DNA of 64,000 nt from the human T2T-CHM13v2.0 reference genome, Homo sapiens. The translations under genes and the position numbers were made by a program. The stretch lies in assembly GCF_009914755.1 (NCBI RefSeq), contig NC_060944.1; one strand, 5' to 3'. This document shows, in pieces, positions 13,865 through 25,452 of the stretch. Each line of letters begins with the position of its first letter. Positions within the stretch are counted from its first letter, which is position 1. Under the pieces are notes generated by a model that worked only from the letters and a program-made list of their open reading frames with translations, ran no database searches and had not been told where the DNA came from.

Positions 13865-14882
13865 TCCCGTTTCCAACGAAATCGTCAAAGCCAGCCAAAT
13901 ATCCACTTGCAGGTTCCACAGAAAGAGTGTTTCAAAACTGCTCTCTCAAAAGACATGTTCAACTCTGTCAGTTGAGGACACACATCAGAAACAAGTTTTT
14001 GAGAATGCTTCTGTCTAGTTTTTATGGGAACATATTTCCTTTTTCACCATAGGTCTCAAAGCACTCCAAATGTCCACTTCCAGGGAATGGAAAAAGAGTG
14101 TTTCCAACCTGCTCTATGAAAGCCAATGTTCAACTCTGTGACTTGAATGCAACCATCACAAGGAAGTTTCTGAGAATGCTTCTGTGTAGGTTTTATATGA
14201 AGATATTCCCGTTTCCAACGAAATCCTCAAAGCTATCCAAATATCCACTTGGAGATTCTACAAAAAGAGTGTTTCAAAACTGCTCTATCAAAAGAAAGGT
14301 TCTACTCCGTCTGTTGAGGACACACATCACGAGTAAGTTTCTGACAATGCTTCTGTCTAGTTTTTATGGGAAGATATGTCCTTTTTCACCTTAGGCCGGA
14401 AAGCTCTCCAAAAGTCCAGTTACAGACACTACAAAAAGAGTGTTTCAAACCTGCTCTGTGAAAGGGAATGTTCAATTCTGTGACTTGAATGCAAACATCA
14501 CAAAGAAATTGCTGAGAATGCTGCTGTCTGCTTTTTATACCTTATCCCGTTTCCAACGAAATCCTCAAATCCAGCCAAATATCCACTTGCAGACTCCACA
14601 AAAAGAGTGTTTCAAAACTGTACTGTCAAAAGAAATGTTCAACTCTGTTAGTTGAGGACACACATCAGAGACTAGCTTCTGAGAATGCTTCTGTCCAGTT
14701 GTTACGGGAAGATATTTCCTTTTTCAACATAGGCCTGAATGCGCTCCAAATGGACACTTCCAGATATGACAAAAGGAGTGTTTCAAACCTGTTCTGTGAA
14801 AGGGAACGTTCCATTCTGTGACTTGAATGCAAACATCACCAAGTAGTTTCTCAGAACGCTGCTGTCTGCTTTTTATATGTAT
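13865..14882 (-). repeat. 6-mer HOR structural variant 1 (1,018 bp; 342-bp dimer containing box D deleted)
   Basis: At 14721-14760 tttcaacatagGCCTGAAtgcgctccaaatggacac fuses two monomers that normally lie 342 bp apart. ORF step 13809 to 14827 = 1018. Confidence 0.93.
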
Positions 14883-15904
14883 TCCCGTTTCCAACGAAAT
14901 CGTCAAAGCCACCCAAATATCCACTTGCAGGTTCCACAAAAAGAGTGTTTCAAAACTGCTCTCTCAAAAGACATGTTCAAATCTGTCAGTTGAGGACACA
15001 CATCACAAAGAAGTTTCTGAGAATGCTTCTGTCTAGTTTTTATGGGAAGATATTTCCTTTTTCACCATAGGCCTCAAAGCGCTCCAAATGTCCACTTCCA
15101 GGGAATGGAAAAAGAGTGTTTCCAACCTGCTCTATGAAAGCCAATGTTCAACTCCGTGACTTGAATGCAACCATCACAAGGAAGTTTCTGAGAATTCTTC
15201 TGTCTAGGTTTTATATGAAGATATTCCCGTTTCCAACGAAATCCTCAAAGCTATCCAAATATCCACTTGGAGATTCTACAAAAAGAGTGTTTCAAAACTG
15301 CTCTATCAAAAGAAAGGTTCTACTCCGTCAGTTGAGGACACACATCACGAGTAAGTTTCTGACAATGCTTCTGTCTAGTTTTTATGGGAAGATATGTCCT
15401 TTTTCACCTTAGGCCAGAAAGCGCTCCAAAATTCCAGTTACAGACACTACAAAAAGAGTGTTTCAAACCTGCTCTGTGAAAGGGAATATTCAATTCTGTG
15501 ACTTGAATGCAAACGTCACAAAGAAATTGCTGAGAATGCTGCTGTCTGCTTTTTATACCTTATCCCGTTTCCAACGAAATCCTCAAATCCAGCCAAATAT
15601 CCACTTGCACACTCCACAAAAAGAGTGTTTCAAAACTGAACTCTCCAAAGAAATGTTCAACTCTGTTAGTTGAGGACACACATCAGAGACTAGCTTCTGA
15701 GAATGCTTCTGTCCAGTTGTTACGGGAAGATATTTCCTTTTTCAACATAGGCCTGAAACCGCTTCAAATGTCCACTTCCAGATACTGCAAAGAGAGTGTT
15801 TCAAACTTTCTCTACGAAAGGGCATGTTCTCCTCTTTGACGTCAATGCAAACAACCCAAAGAAGTTTCTGAGAATGCTTCTGTCTGGATTTTATCTGAAG
15901 ACAA
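14883..15904 (-). repeat. 6-mer HOR structural variant 2 (1,022 bp; 338-bp dimer between boxes D and A deleted)
   Basis: ctgaagacaa-TCCCGTTTCCAACGAAATC-gtcaaagccagcc (capitalised block 15905-15923) has the box D left flank and the box A right flank. Hybrid ORF at 15796. Confidence 0.93.
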
Positions 15905-18900
15905 TCCCGTTTCCAACGAAATCGTCAAAGCCAGCCAAATATCCACTTGCAGGTTCCACAGAAAGAGTGTTTCAAAACTGCTCTCTCAAAAGACATGTTC
16001 AACTCTGTCAGTTGAGGACACACATCACAAAGAAGTTTCTCAGAATGCTTCTGTCTAGTTTTTATGGGAAGATATTTCCTTTTTCACCATAGGCCTCAAA
16101 GCGTTCTAAATGTCCACTTCCAGGGAATGGAAAAAGAGTGTTTCCAACCTGCTCTATGAAAGCGAATGTTCAACTCCGTGACTTGAATGCAACCATCACA
16201 AGGAAGTTTCTGAGAATGCTTCTGTCTAGATTTTATATGAAGATATTCCCGTTTCCAACGAAATCCTCAAAGCTATCCAAATATCCACTTGGACATTCTA
16301 CAAAAAGAGTGTTTCAAAACTGCTCTATCAAAAGAAAGGTTCTACTCCGTCAGTTGAGGACACACATCACGAGTAAGTTTCTGAGAATGCTTCTGTCTAG
16401 TTTTTATGGGAAGATATGTCCTTTTTGACCTTAGGCCGGAAAGCGCTCCAAAAGTCCAGTTACAGACACTACAAAAAGAGTGTTTCAAACCTGCTCTGTG
16501 AAAGGGAATGTTCAATTCTGTGACTTGAATGCAAACATCCCAAAGAAGTTGCTGAGAATGTTGCTGTCTGCTTTTTATACCTTATCCCGTTTCCAACGAA
16601 ATCCTCAAATCTACCCAAATATCCACTTGCAGACTCCACAAAAAGAGTGTTTCAAAACTGTACTGTCAAAAGAAATGTTCAACTCTGTTAGTTGAGGACA
16701 CACATCAGACACTAGCTTCTGAGAATGCTTCTGTCCAGTTGTTACGGGAAGATATTTCATTTTTCAACATAGGCCTGAGACCGCTTCAAATGTCCACTTC
16801 CAGATACTGCAAAGAGAGTGTTTCAAACCTTCTCTACGAAAGGGCATGTTCTCCTCTGTGACGTCAATGCAAACATCCCAAAGAAGTTTCTGAGAATGCT
16901 TCTGTCTGAATTTTATCTGAAGACAATCCCGTTTCCAAAGAAATCCTCAAAGATATGCAAATATGCTCCTGCAGATTCTACAAAAAGAGTGTTTCAAAAC
17001 TGCTCTAGGAAAAGAAAGGTTCGACTCTGTTAGTAGAGGGCACACATCACAAACAAGTTGCCGAGAATGCTTCTGTCTGGTTTTTATGGGAAGATATTTC
17101 CTTTTCCAATACAAGCCTGAATGCGCTCCAAATGGACACTTCCAGACACGACAAAAGGAGTGTTTCAAACCTGTTCTGTGAAAGGGAACGTTCTATTCTG
17201 TGAGTTGAATGCAAACATCACCAAGTAGTTTCTCAGAACGCTGCTGTCTGCTTTTTATATGTATTTCCGTTTCCAACGAAATCGTCAAAGCCAGCCAAAT
17301 ATCCACTTGCAGGTTCCACAGAAAGAGTGTTTCAAAACTGCTCTCTCAAAAGACATGTTCAACTCTGTCAGTTGAGGACACACATCACAAAGAAGTTTCT
17401 GAGAATGCTTCTGTCTAGTTTTTATGGGAAGATATTTCCTTTTTCACCATAGGCCTCAAAGTGCTCCACATGTACACTTCCAAGGAATGGAAAAAGAGTG
17501 TTTCCAACCTGCTCTATGAAAGCGAATGTTCAACTCCATGACTTGAATGCAACCATCACAAGGAAGTTTCTGAGAATGCTTCTGTCTAGATTTTATATGA
17601 AGATATTCCCGTTTCCAACGAAATCCTCAAAGCTATACAAATATCCACTTGGACATTCTACAAAAAGAGTGTTTCAAAACTGCTCTATCAAAAGAAAGGT
17701 TCTACTCCGTCAGTTGAGGACACACATCACGAGTAAGTTTCTGAGAATGCTTCTGTCTAGTTTTTATGGGAAGATATGTCCTTTTTCACCTTAGGCCGGA
17801 AAGCGCTCCAAAAGTCCGGATACAGACACTACAAAAAGAGTGTTTCAAACCTGCTCTGTGAAAGGGAATGTTCAATTCTGTGACTTCAATGCAAACAACA
17901 CAAAGGAGTTGCTGAGAATGCTGCTGTCTGCTTTTTTACCTTATCCCGTTTCCAACGAAATCCTCAAATCTAGCCAAATATCCACTTGCAGACTCCACAA
18001 AAAGAGTGTTTCAAAACTATACTCTCCAAAGAAATGTTCAACTCTGTTAGTTGAGGACACACATCAGAGACTAGCTTCTGAGAATGCTTCTGTCCAGTTG
18101 TTACGGGAAGATATTTCCTTTTTCAACATAGGCCTGAAACCGCTTCAAATGTCCACTTCCAGATACTGCAAAGAGAGTGTTTCAAACCTTCTCTACGACA
18201 GGGCATGTTCTCCTCTGTGACGTCAATGCAAACATCCCAAAGAAGTTTCTGAGAATGCTTCTGTCTGGATTTTATCTGAAGACAATCCCGTTTCCAACGA
18301 AATCCTCAAAGATATGCAAAAATGCTCCTGCAGATTCTACAAAAAGAGTGTTTCAAAACTGCTCTATGAAAAGAAAGGTTCGACTCTGTTAGTAGAAGGC
18401 ACACATCACAAACAAGTTGCCGAGAATGCTTCTGTCTGGTTTTTATGGGAAGATATTTCCTTTTCCAACACAAGCCTGAATGCGCTCCAAATGGACATTT
18501 CCAGATACGACAAAAGGAGTGTTTCAAACCTGTTCTGTGAAAGGGAACGTTCCATTCTGTGACTTGAATGCAAACATCACCAAGTAGTTTCTCAGAACGC
18601 TGCTGTCTGCTTTTTATATGTATTCCCGTTTCCAACGAAATCGTCAAAGCCAGCCAAATATCCACTTGCAGGTTCCACAAAAAGAGTGTTTCAAAACTGC
18701 TCTCTCAAAAGATATGTTCAACTCTGTCAGTTGAGGACACACATCACAAAGAAGTTTCTGAGAATGCTTCTGTCTAGTTTTTATGGGAAGATATTTCCTT
18801 TTTCACCATAGGCCTCAAAGCGCTCCAAATGTCCACTTCCAGGGAATGGAAAAAGAGTGTTTCCAACCTGCTCTATGAAAGCCAATGTTCAACTCCGTGA

Positions 18901-21900
18901 CTTGAATGCAACCATCACAAGGAAGTTTCTGAGAATGCTTCTGTCTAGATTTTATATGAAGATATTCCCATTTCCAACGAAATCCTCAAAGCTATACAAA
19001 TATCCACTTGGACATTCTACAAAAAGAGTGTTTCAAAACTGCTCTATCAAAAGAAAGGTTCGACTCCGTCAGTTGAGGACACACATCACGAGTAAGTTTC
19101 TGAGAATGCTTCTGTCTAGTTTTTATGGGAAGATATGTCCTTTTTCACCTTAGGCCGGAAAGCGCTCCAAAAGTCCAGTTACAGACACTACAAAAAGAGT
19201 GTTTCAAACCTGCTCTGTGAAAGGGAATGTTCAATTCTGTGACTTGAATGCAAACATCACAAAGAAGTTGCTGAGAATGCTGCTGTCTGCTTTTTATGCC
19301 TTATCCCGTTTCCAACGAAATCCTCAACTCTAACCAAGTATCCACTTGCAGTCTCCACAAAAAGAGTGTTTCAAAACTGTACTGTCGAAAGAAATGTTCA
19401 ACTCTGTTAGTTGAGGACACACATCAGAGACTAGCTTCTGAGAATGCTTCTGTCCAGTTGTTACGGGAAGATATTTCCTTTTTCAACATAGGCCTGAAAC
19501 CACTTCAAATGTCCACTTCCAGATACTGCAAAGAGAGTGTTTCAAACCTTCTCTACGAAAGGGCATGTTCTCCTCTGTGACGTCAATGCAAACATCCCAA
19601 AGAAGTTTCTGAGAATGCTTCTGTCTGGATTTTATCTGAAGACAATCCCGTTTCCAACGAAATCCTCAAAGATATGCAAATATGCTCCTGCAGATTCTAC
19701 AAAAAGAGTGTTTCAAAACTGCTCTATGAATAGAAAGGTTCGACTCTGTTAGTAGAGGGCACACATCACAAACAAGTTGCCGAGAATGCTTCTGTCTGGT
19801 TTTTATGGGAAGATATTTCCTTTTCCAACACAAGCCTGAATGCGCTCCAAATGGACACTTCCAGATACGACAAAAGGAGTGTTTCAAACCTGTTCTGGGA
19901 AAGGGAACGTTCCATTCTGTGACTTGAATGCAAACATCACCAAGTAGTTTCTCAGAACGCTGCTGTCTGCTTTTTATATGTATTCCCGTTTCCAACGAAA
20001 TCGTCAAAGCCAGCCAAATATCCACTTGCAGGTTCCACAAAAAGAGTGTTTCAAAACTGCTCTCTCAAAAGACATGTTCAACTCTGTCAGTTGAGGACAC
20101 ACATCACAAAGAAGTTTCTGAGAATGCTTCTGTCTAGTTTTTATGGGAAGATATTTCCTTTTTCACCATAGGCCTCAAAGCGCTCCAAATGTCCACTTCC
20201 AGGGAATGGAAAAAGAGTGTTTCCAACCTGCTCTGTGAAAGCCAATGTTCAACTCCGTGACTTGAATGCAAGCATCACAAGGAAGTTTCTGAGAATGCTT
20301 CTGTGTAGGTTTTATATGAAGATATTCCCGTTTCCAACGAAATCCTCAAAGCTATCCAAATATCCACTTGGAGATTCTACAAAAAGAGTGTTTCAAAACT
20401 GCTCTATCAAAAGAAAGGTTCTACTCCGTCAGTTGAGGACACACATCACGAGTAAGTTTCTGAGAATGCTTCTGTCTAGTTTTTATGGGAAGATATGTCC
20501 TTTTTCACCTTAGGCCGGAAAGCGCTCCAAAAGTCCAGTTACAGACATTACAAAAAGAGTGTTTCAAACCTGCTCTGTGAAAGGGAATGTTCAATTCTGT
20601 GACTTGAATGCAAACATCACAAAGAAGTTGCTGAGAATGCTGCTGTCTGCTTTTTATACCTTATCCCGTTTCCAACGAAATCCTCAAATCCAGCCAAATA
20701 TCCACTTGCAGACTCCACAAAAAGAGTGTTTCAAAACTGTACTGTCAAAAGAAATGTTCAACTCTGTTAGTTGAGGACACACATCAGAGACTAGCTTCTG
20801 AGAATGCTTCTGTCCAGTTGTTACGGGAAGATATTTCCTTTTTCAACATAGGCCTGAAACCGCTTCAAATGTCCGCTTCCAGATACTGCAAAGAGAGTGT
20901 TTCAAACCTTCTCTACGAAAGGGCATGTTCTCCTCTGTGACGTCAATGCAAACATCCCAAAGAAGTTTCTGAGAATGCTTCTGTCTGGATTTTATCTGAA
21001 GACAATCCCGTTTCCAACGAAATCCTCAAAGATATGCAAATATGCTCCTGCAGATTCTACAAAAAGAGTGTTTCAAAACTGCTGTATGAATAGAAAGGTT
21101 CGACTCTGTTAGTAGAGGGCACACATCACAAACAAGTTGCCGAGAATGCTTCTGTCTGGTTTTTATGGGAAGATATTTCCTTTTCCAACACAAGCCTGAA
21201 TGCGCTCCAAATGGACACTTTCAGATACGACAAAAGGAGTGTTTCAAACCTGTTCTGTGAAAGGGAACGTTCCATTCTGTGACTTGAATGCAAACATCAC
21301 CAAGTAGTTTCTCAGAACGCTGCTGTCTGCTTTTTATATGTATTCCCGTTTCCAACGAAATCGTCAAAGCCAGCCAAATATCCACTTGCAGGTTCCACAG
21401 AAAGAGTGTTTCAAAACTGCTCTCTCAAAAGACATGTTCAACTCTGTCAGTTGAGGACACACATCACAAAGAAGTTTCTGAGAATGCTTCTGTCTAGTTT
21501 TTATGGGAAGATATTTCCTTTTTCACCATAGGCCTCAAAGCACTCCAAATGTCCAATTCCAGGGAATGGAAAAAGAGTGTTTCCAACCTGCTCTATGAAA
21601 GCCAACGTTCAACTCCGTGACTTGAATGCAACCATCACAAGGAAGTTTCTGAGAATGCTTCTGTGTAGGTTTTATATGAAGATATTCCCGTTTCCAACGA
21701 AATCCTCAAAGCTATCCAAATATCCACTTGGAGATTCTACAAAAAGAGTGTTTCAAAACTGCTCTATCAAAAGAAAGGTTCTACTCCGTCAGTTGAGGAC
21801 ACACATCATGAGTAAGTTTCTGACAATGCTTCTGTCTAGTTTTTATGGGAAGATATGTCCTTTTTCACCTTAGGCCGGAAAGCGCTCCAAAAGTCCAGTT

Positions 21901-22618
21901 ACAGACACTACAAAAAGAGTGTTTCAAACCTGCTCTGTGAAAGGGAATGTTCAATTCTGTGACTTGAATGCAAACATCACGAAGAAGTTGCTGAGAATGC
22001 TGCTGTCTGCTTTTTATACCTTATCCCGTTTCCAACGAAATCCTCAAATCCAGCCAAATATCCACTTGCAGACTCCACAAAAAGAGTGTTTCAAAACTAT
22101 ACTCTCCAAAGAAATGTTCAACTCTGTTAGTTGAGGACACACATCAGAGACTAGCTTCTGAGAATGCTTCTGTCCAGTTGTTACGGGAAGATATTTCCTT
22201 TTTCATCATAGGCCTGAAACCGCTTCAAATGTCCGCTTCCAGATACTGCAAAGAGAGTGCTTCAAACCTTCTCTACGAAAGGGCATGTTCTCCTCTGTGA
22301 CGTCAATGCAAACATTCCAAAGAAGTTTCTGAGAATGCTTCTGTCGGGATTTTATCTGAAGACAATCCCGTTTCCAACGAAATCCTCAAAGATATGCAAA
22401 TATGCTCCTGCAGATTCTACAAAAAGAGTGTTTCAAAACTGCTCTATGAATAGAAAGGTTCGACTCTGTTAGTAGAGGGCACACATCACAAACAAGTTGC
22501 CGAGAATGCTTCTGTCTGGTTTTTATGGGAAGATATTTCCTTTTCCAACACAAGCCTGAATGCGCTCCAAATGGACACTTCCAGATACGATAAAAGGAGT
22601 GTTTCAAACCTGTTCTGG

Positions 22619-25452
22619 GAAAGGGAACGTTCCATTCTGTGACTTGAATGCAAACATCACCAAGTAGTTTCTCAGAACGCTGCTGTCTGCTTTTTATATG
22701 TATTCCCGTTTCCAACGAAATCGTCAAAGCCAGTCAAATATCCACTTGCAGGTTCCACAAAAAGAGTGTTTCAAAACTGCTCTCTCAAAAGACATGTTCA
22801 ACTCTGTCAGTTGAGGACACACATCACAAAGAAGTTTCTGAGAATGCTTCTGTCTAGTTTTTATGGGAACATATTTCCTTTTTCACCATAGGTCTCAAAG
22901 CGCTCCAAATGTCCACTTCCAGGGAATGGAAAAAGAGTGTTTCCAACCTGCTCTATGAAAGCCAATGTTCAACTCTGTGACTTGAATGCAACCATCACAA
23001 GGAAGTTTCTGAGAATGCTTCTGTGTAGGTTTTATATGAAGATATTCCCGTTTCCAACGAAATCCTCAAAGCTATCCAAATATCCACTTGGAGATTCTAC
23101 AAAAAGAGTGTTTCAAAACTGCTCTATCAAAAGAAAGTTTCTACTCCGTCAGTTGAGGACACACATCACGAGTAAGTTTCTGACAATGCTTCTGTCTAGT
23201 TTTTATGGGAAGATATGTCCTTTTTCACCTTAGGCCGGAAAGCGCTCCAAAAGTCCAGTTACAGACACTACAAAAAGAGTGTTTCAAACCTGCTCTGTGA
23301 AAGGGAATGTTCAATTCTGTGACTTGAATGCAAACATCACAAAGAAGTTGCTGAGAATGCTGCTGTCTGCTTTTTATACCTTATCCCATTTCCAACGAAA
23401 TCCTCAAATCCAGCCAAATATCCACTTGCAGACTCCACAAAAAGAGTGTTTCAAAACTGTACTGTCAAAAGAAATGTTCAACTCTGTTAGTTGAGGACAC
23501 ACATCAGAGACTAGCTTCTGAGAATGCTTCTGTCCAGTTGTTACGGGAAGATATTTCCTTTTTCAACATAGGCCTGAAACCGCTTCAAATGTCCACTTCC
23601 AGATACTGCAAAGAGAGTGTTTCAAACCTTCTCTACGAAAGGGCATGTTCTCCTCTGTGACGTCAATGCAAACATCCCAAAGAAGTTTCTGAGAATGCTT
23701 CTGTCTGGATTTTATCTGAAGACAATCCCGTTTCCAACGAAATCCTCAAAGATATGCAAATATGCTCCTGCAGATTCTACAAAAAGAGTGTTTCAAAACT
23801 GCTCTAGGAAAAGAAAGGTTCGACTCTGTTAGTAGAGGGCACACATCACAAACAAGTTGCCGAGAATGCTTCTGTCTGATTTTTATGGGAAGATATTTCC
23901 TTTTCCAACACAAGCCTGAATGCGCTCCAAATGGACACTTCCAGATATGACAAAAGGAGTGTTTCAAACCTGTTCTGTGAAAGGGAACGTTCCATTCTGT
24001 GACTTGAATGCAAACATCACCAAGTAGTTTCTCAGAACGCTGCTGTCTGCTTTTTATATGTATTCCCGTTTCCAACGAAATCGTCAAAGCCAGTCAAATA
24101 TCCACTTGCAGGTTCCACAAAAAGAGTGTTTCAAAACTGCTCTCTCAAAAGACATGTTCAACTCTGTCAGTTGAGGACACACATCACAAAGAAGTTTCTG
24201 AGAATGCTTCTGTCTAGTTTTTATGGGAACATATTTCCTTTTTCACCATAGGTCTCAAAGCGCTCCAAATGTCCACTTCCAGGGAATGGAAAAAGAGTGT
24301 TTCCAACCTGCTCTATGAAAGCCAATGTTCAACTCTGTGACTTGAATGCAACCATCACAAGGAAGTTTCTGAGAATGCTTCTGTGTAGGTTTTATATGAA
24401 GATATTCCCGTTTCCAACGAAATCCTCAAAGCTATCCAAATATCCACTTGGAGATTCTACAAAAAGAGTGTTTCAAAACTGCTCTATCAAAAGAAAGTTT
24501 CTACTCCGTCAGTTGAGGACACACATCACGAGTAAGTTTCTGACAATGCTTCTGTCTAGTTTTTATGGGAAGATATGTCCTTTTTCACCTTAGGCCGGAA
24601 AGCGCTCCAAAAGTCCAGTTACAGACACTACAAAAAGAGTGTTTCAAACCTGCTCTGTGAAAGGGAATGTTCAATTCTGTGACTTGAATGCAAACATCAC
24701 AAAGAAGTTGCTGAGAATGCTGCTGTCTGCTTTTTATACCTTATCCCATTTCCAACGAAATCCTCAAATCCAGCCAAATATCCACTTGCAGACTCCACAA
24801 AAAGAGTGTTTCAAAACTGTACTGTCAAAAGAAATGTTCAACTCTGTTAGTTGAGGACACACATCAGAGACTAGCTTCTGAGAATGCTTCTGTCCAGTTG
24901 TTACGGGAAGATATTTCCTTTTTCAACATAGGCCTGAAACCGCTTCAAATGTCCACTTCCAGATACTGCAAAGAGAGTGTTTCAAACCTTCTCTACGAAA
25001 GGGCATGTTCTCCTCTGTGACGTCAATGCAAACATCCCAAAGAAGTTTCTGAGAATGCTTCTGTCTGGATTTTATCTGAAGACAATCCCGTTTCCAACGA
25101 AATCCTCAAAGATATGCAAATATGCTCCTGCAGATTCTACAAAAAGAGTGTTTCAAAACTGCTCTAGGAAAAGAAAGGTTCGACTCTGTTAGTAGAGGGC
25201 ACACATCACAAACAAGTTGCCGAGAATGCTTCTGTCTGATTTTTATGGGAAGATATTTCCTTTTCCAACACAAGCCTGAATGCGCTCCAAATGGACACTT
25301 CCAGATATGACAAAAGGAGTGTTTCAAACCTGTTCTGTGAAAGGGAACGTTCCATTCTGTGACTTGAATGCAAACATCACCAAGTAGTTTCTCAGAACGC
25401 TGCTGTCTGCTTTTTATATGTATTCCCGTTTCCAACGAAATCGTCAAAGCCA
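22619..25452 (-). repeat. Recent tandem duplication of one HOR (period 1,360 bp)
   Basis: Shared rare variants at +1360: cagtcaaata, gggaacata, ggtctc, aagaaagttt, ttatcccatt, gctctagga, tctgtctgat, gatatga. ORF translations 22937/24297, 23279/24639, 23617/24977 and 23762/25122 are identical. Confidence 0.88.
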
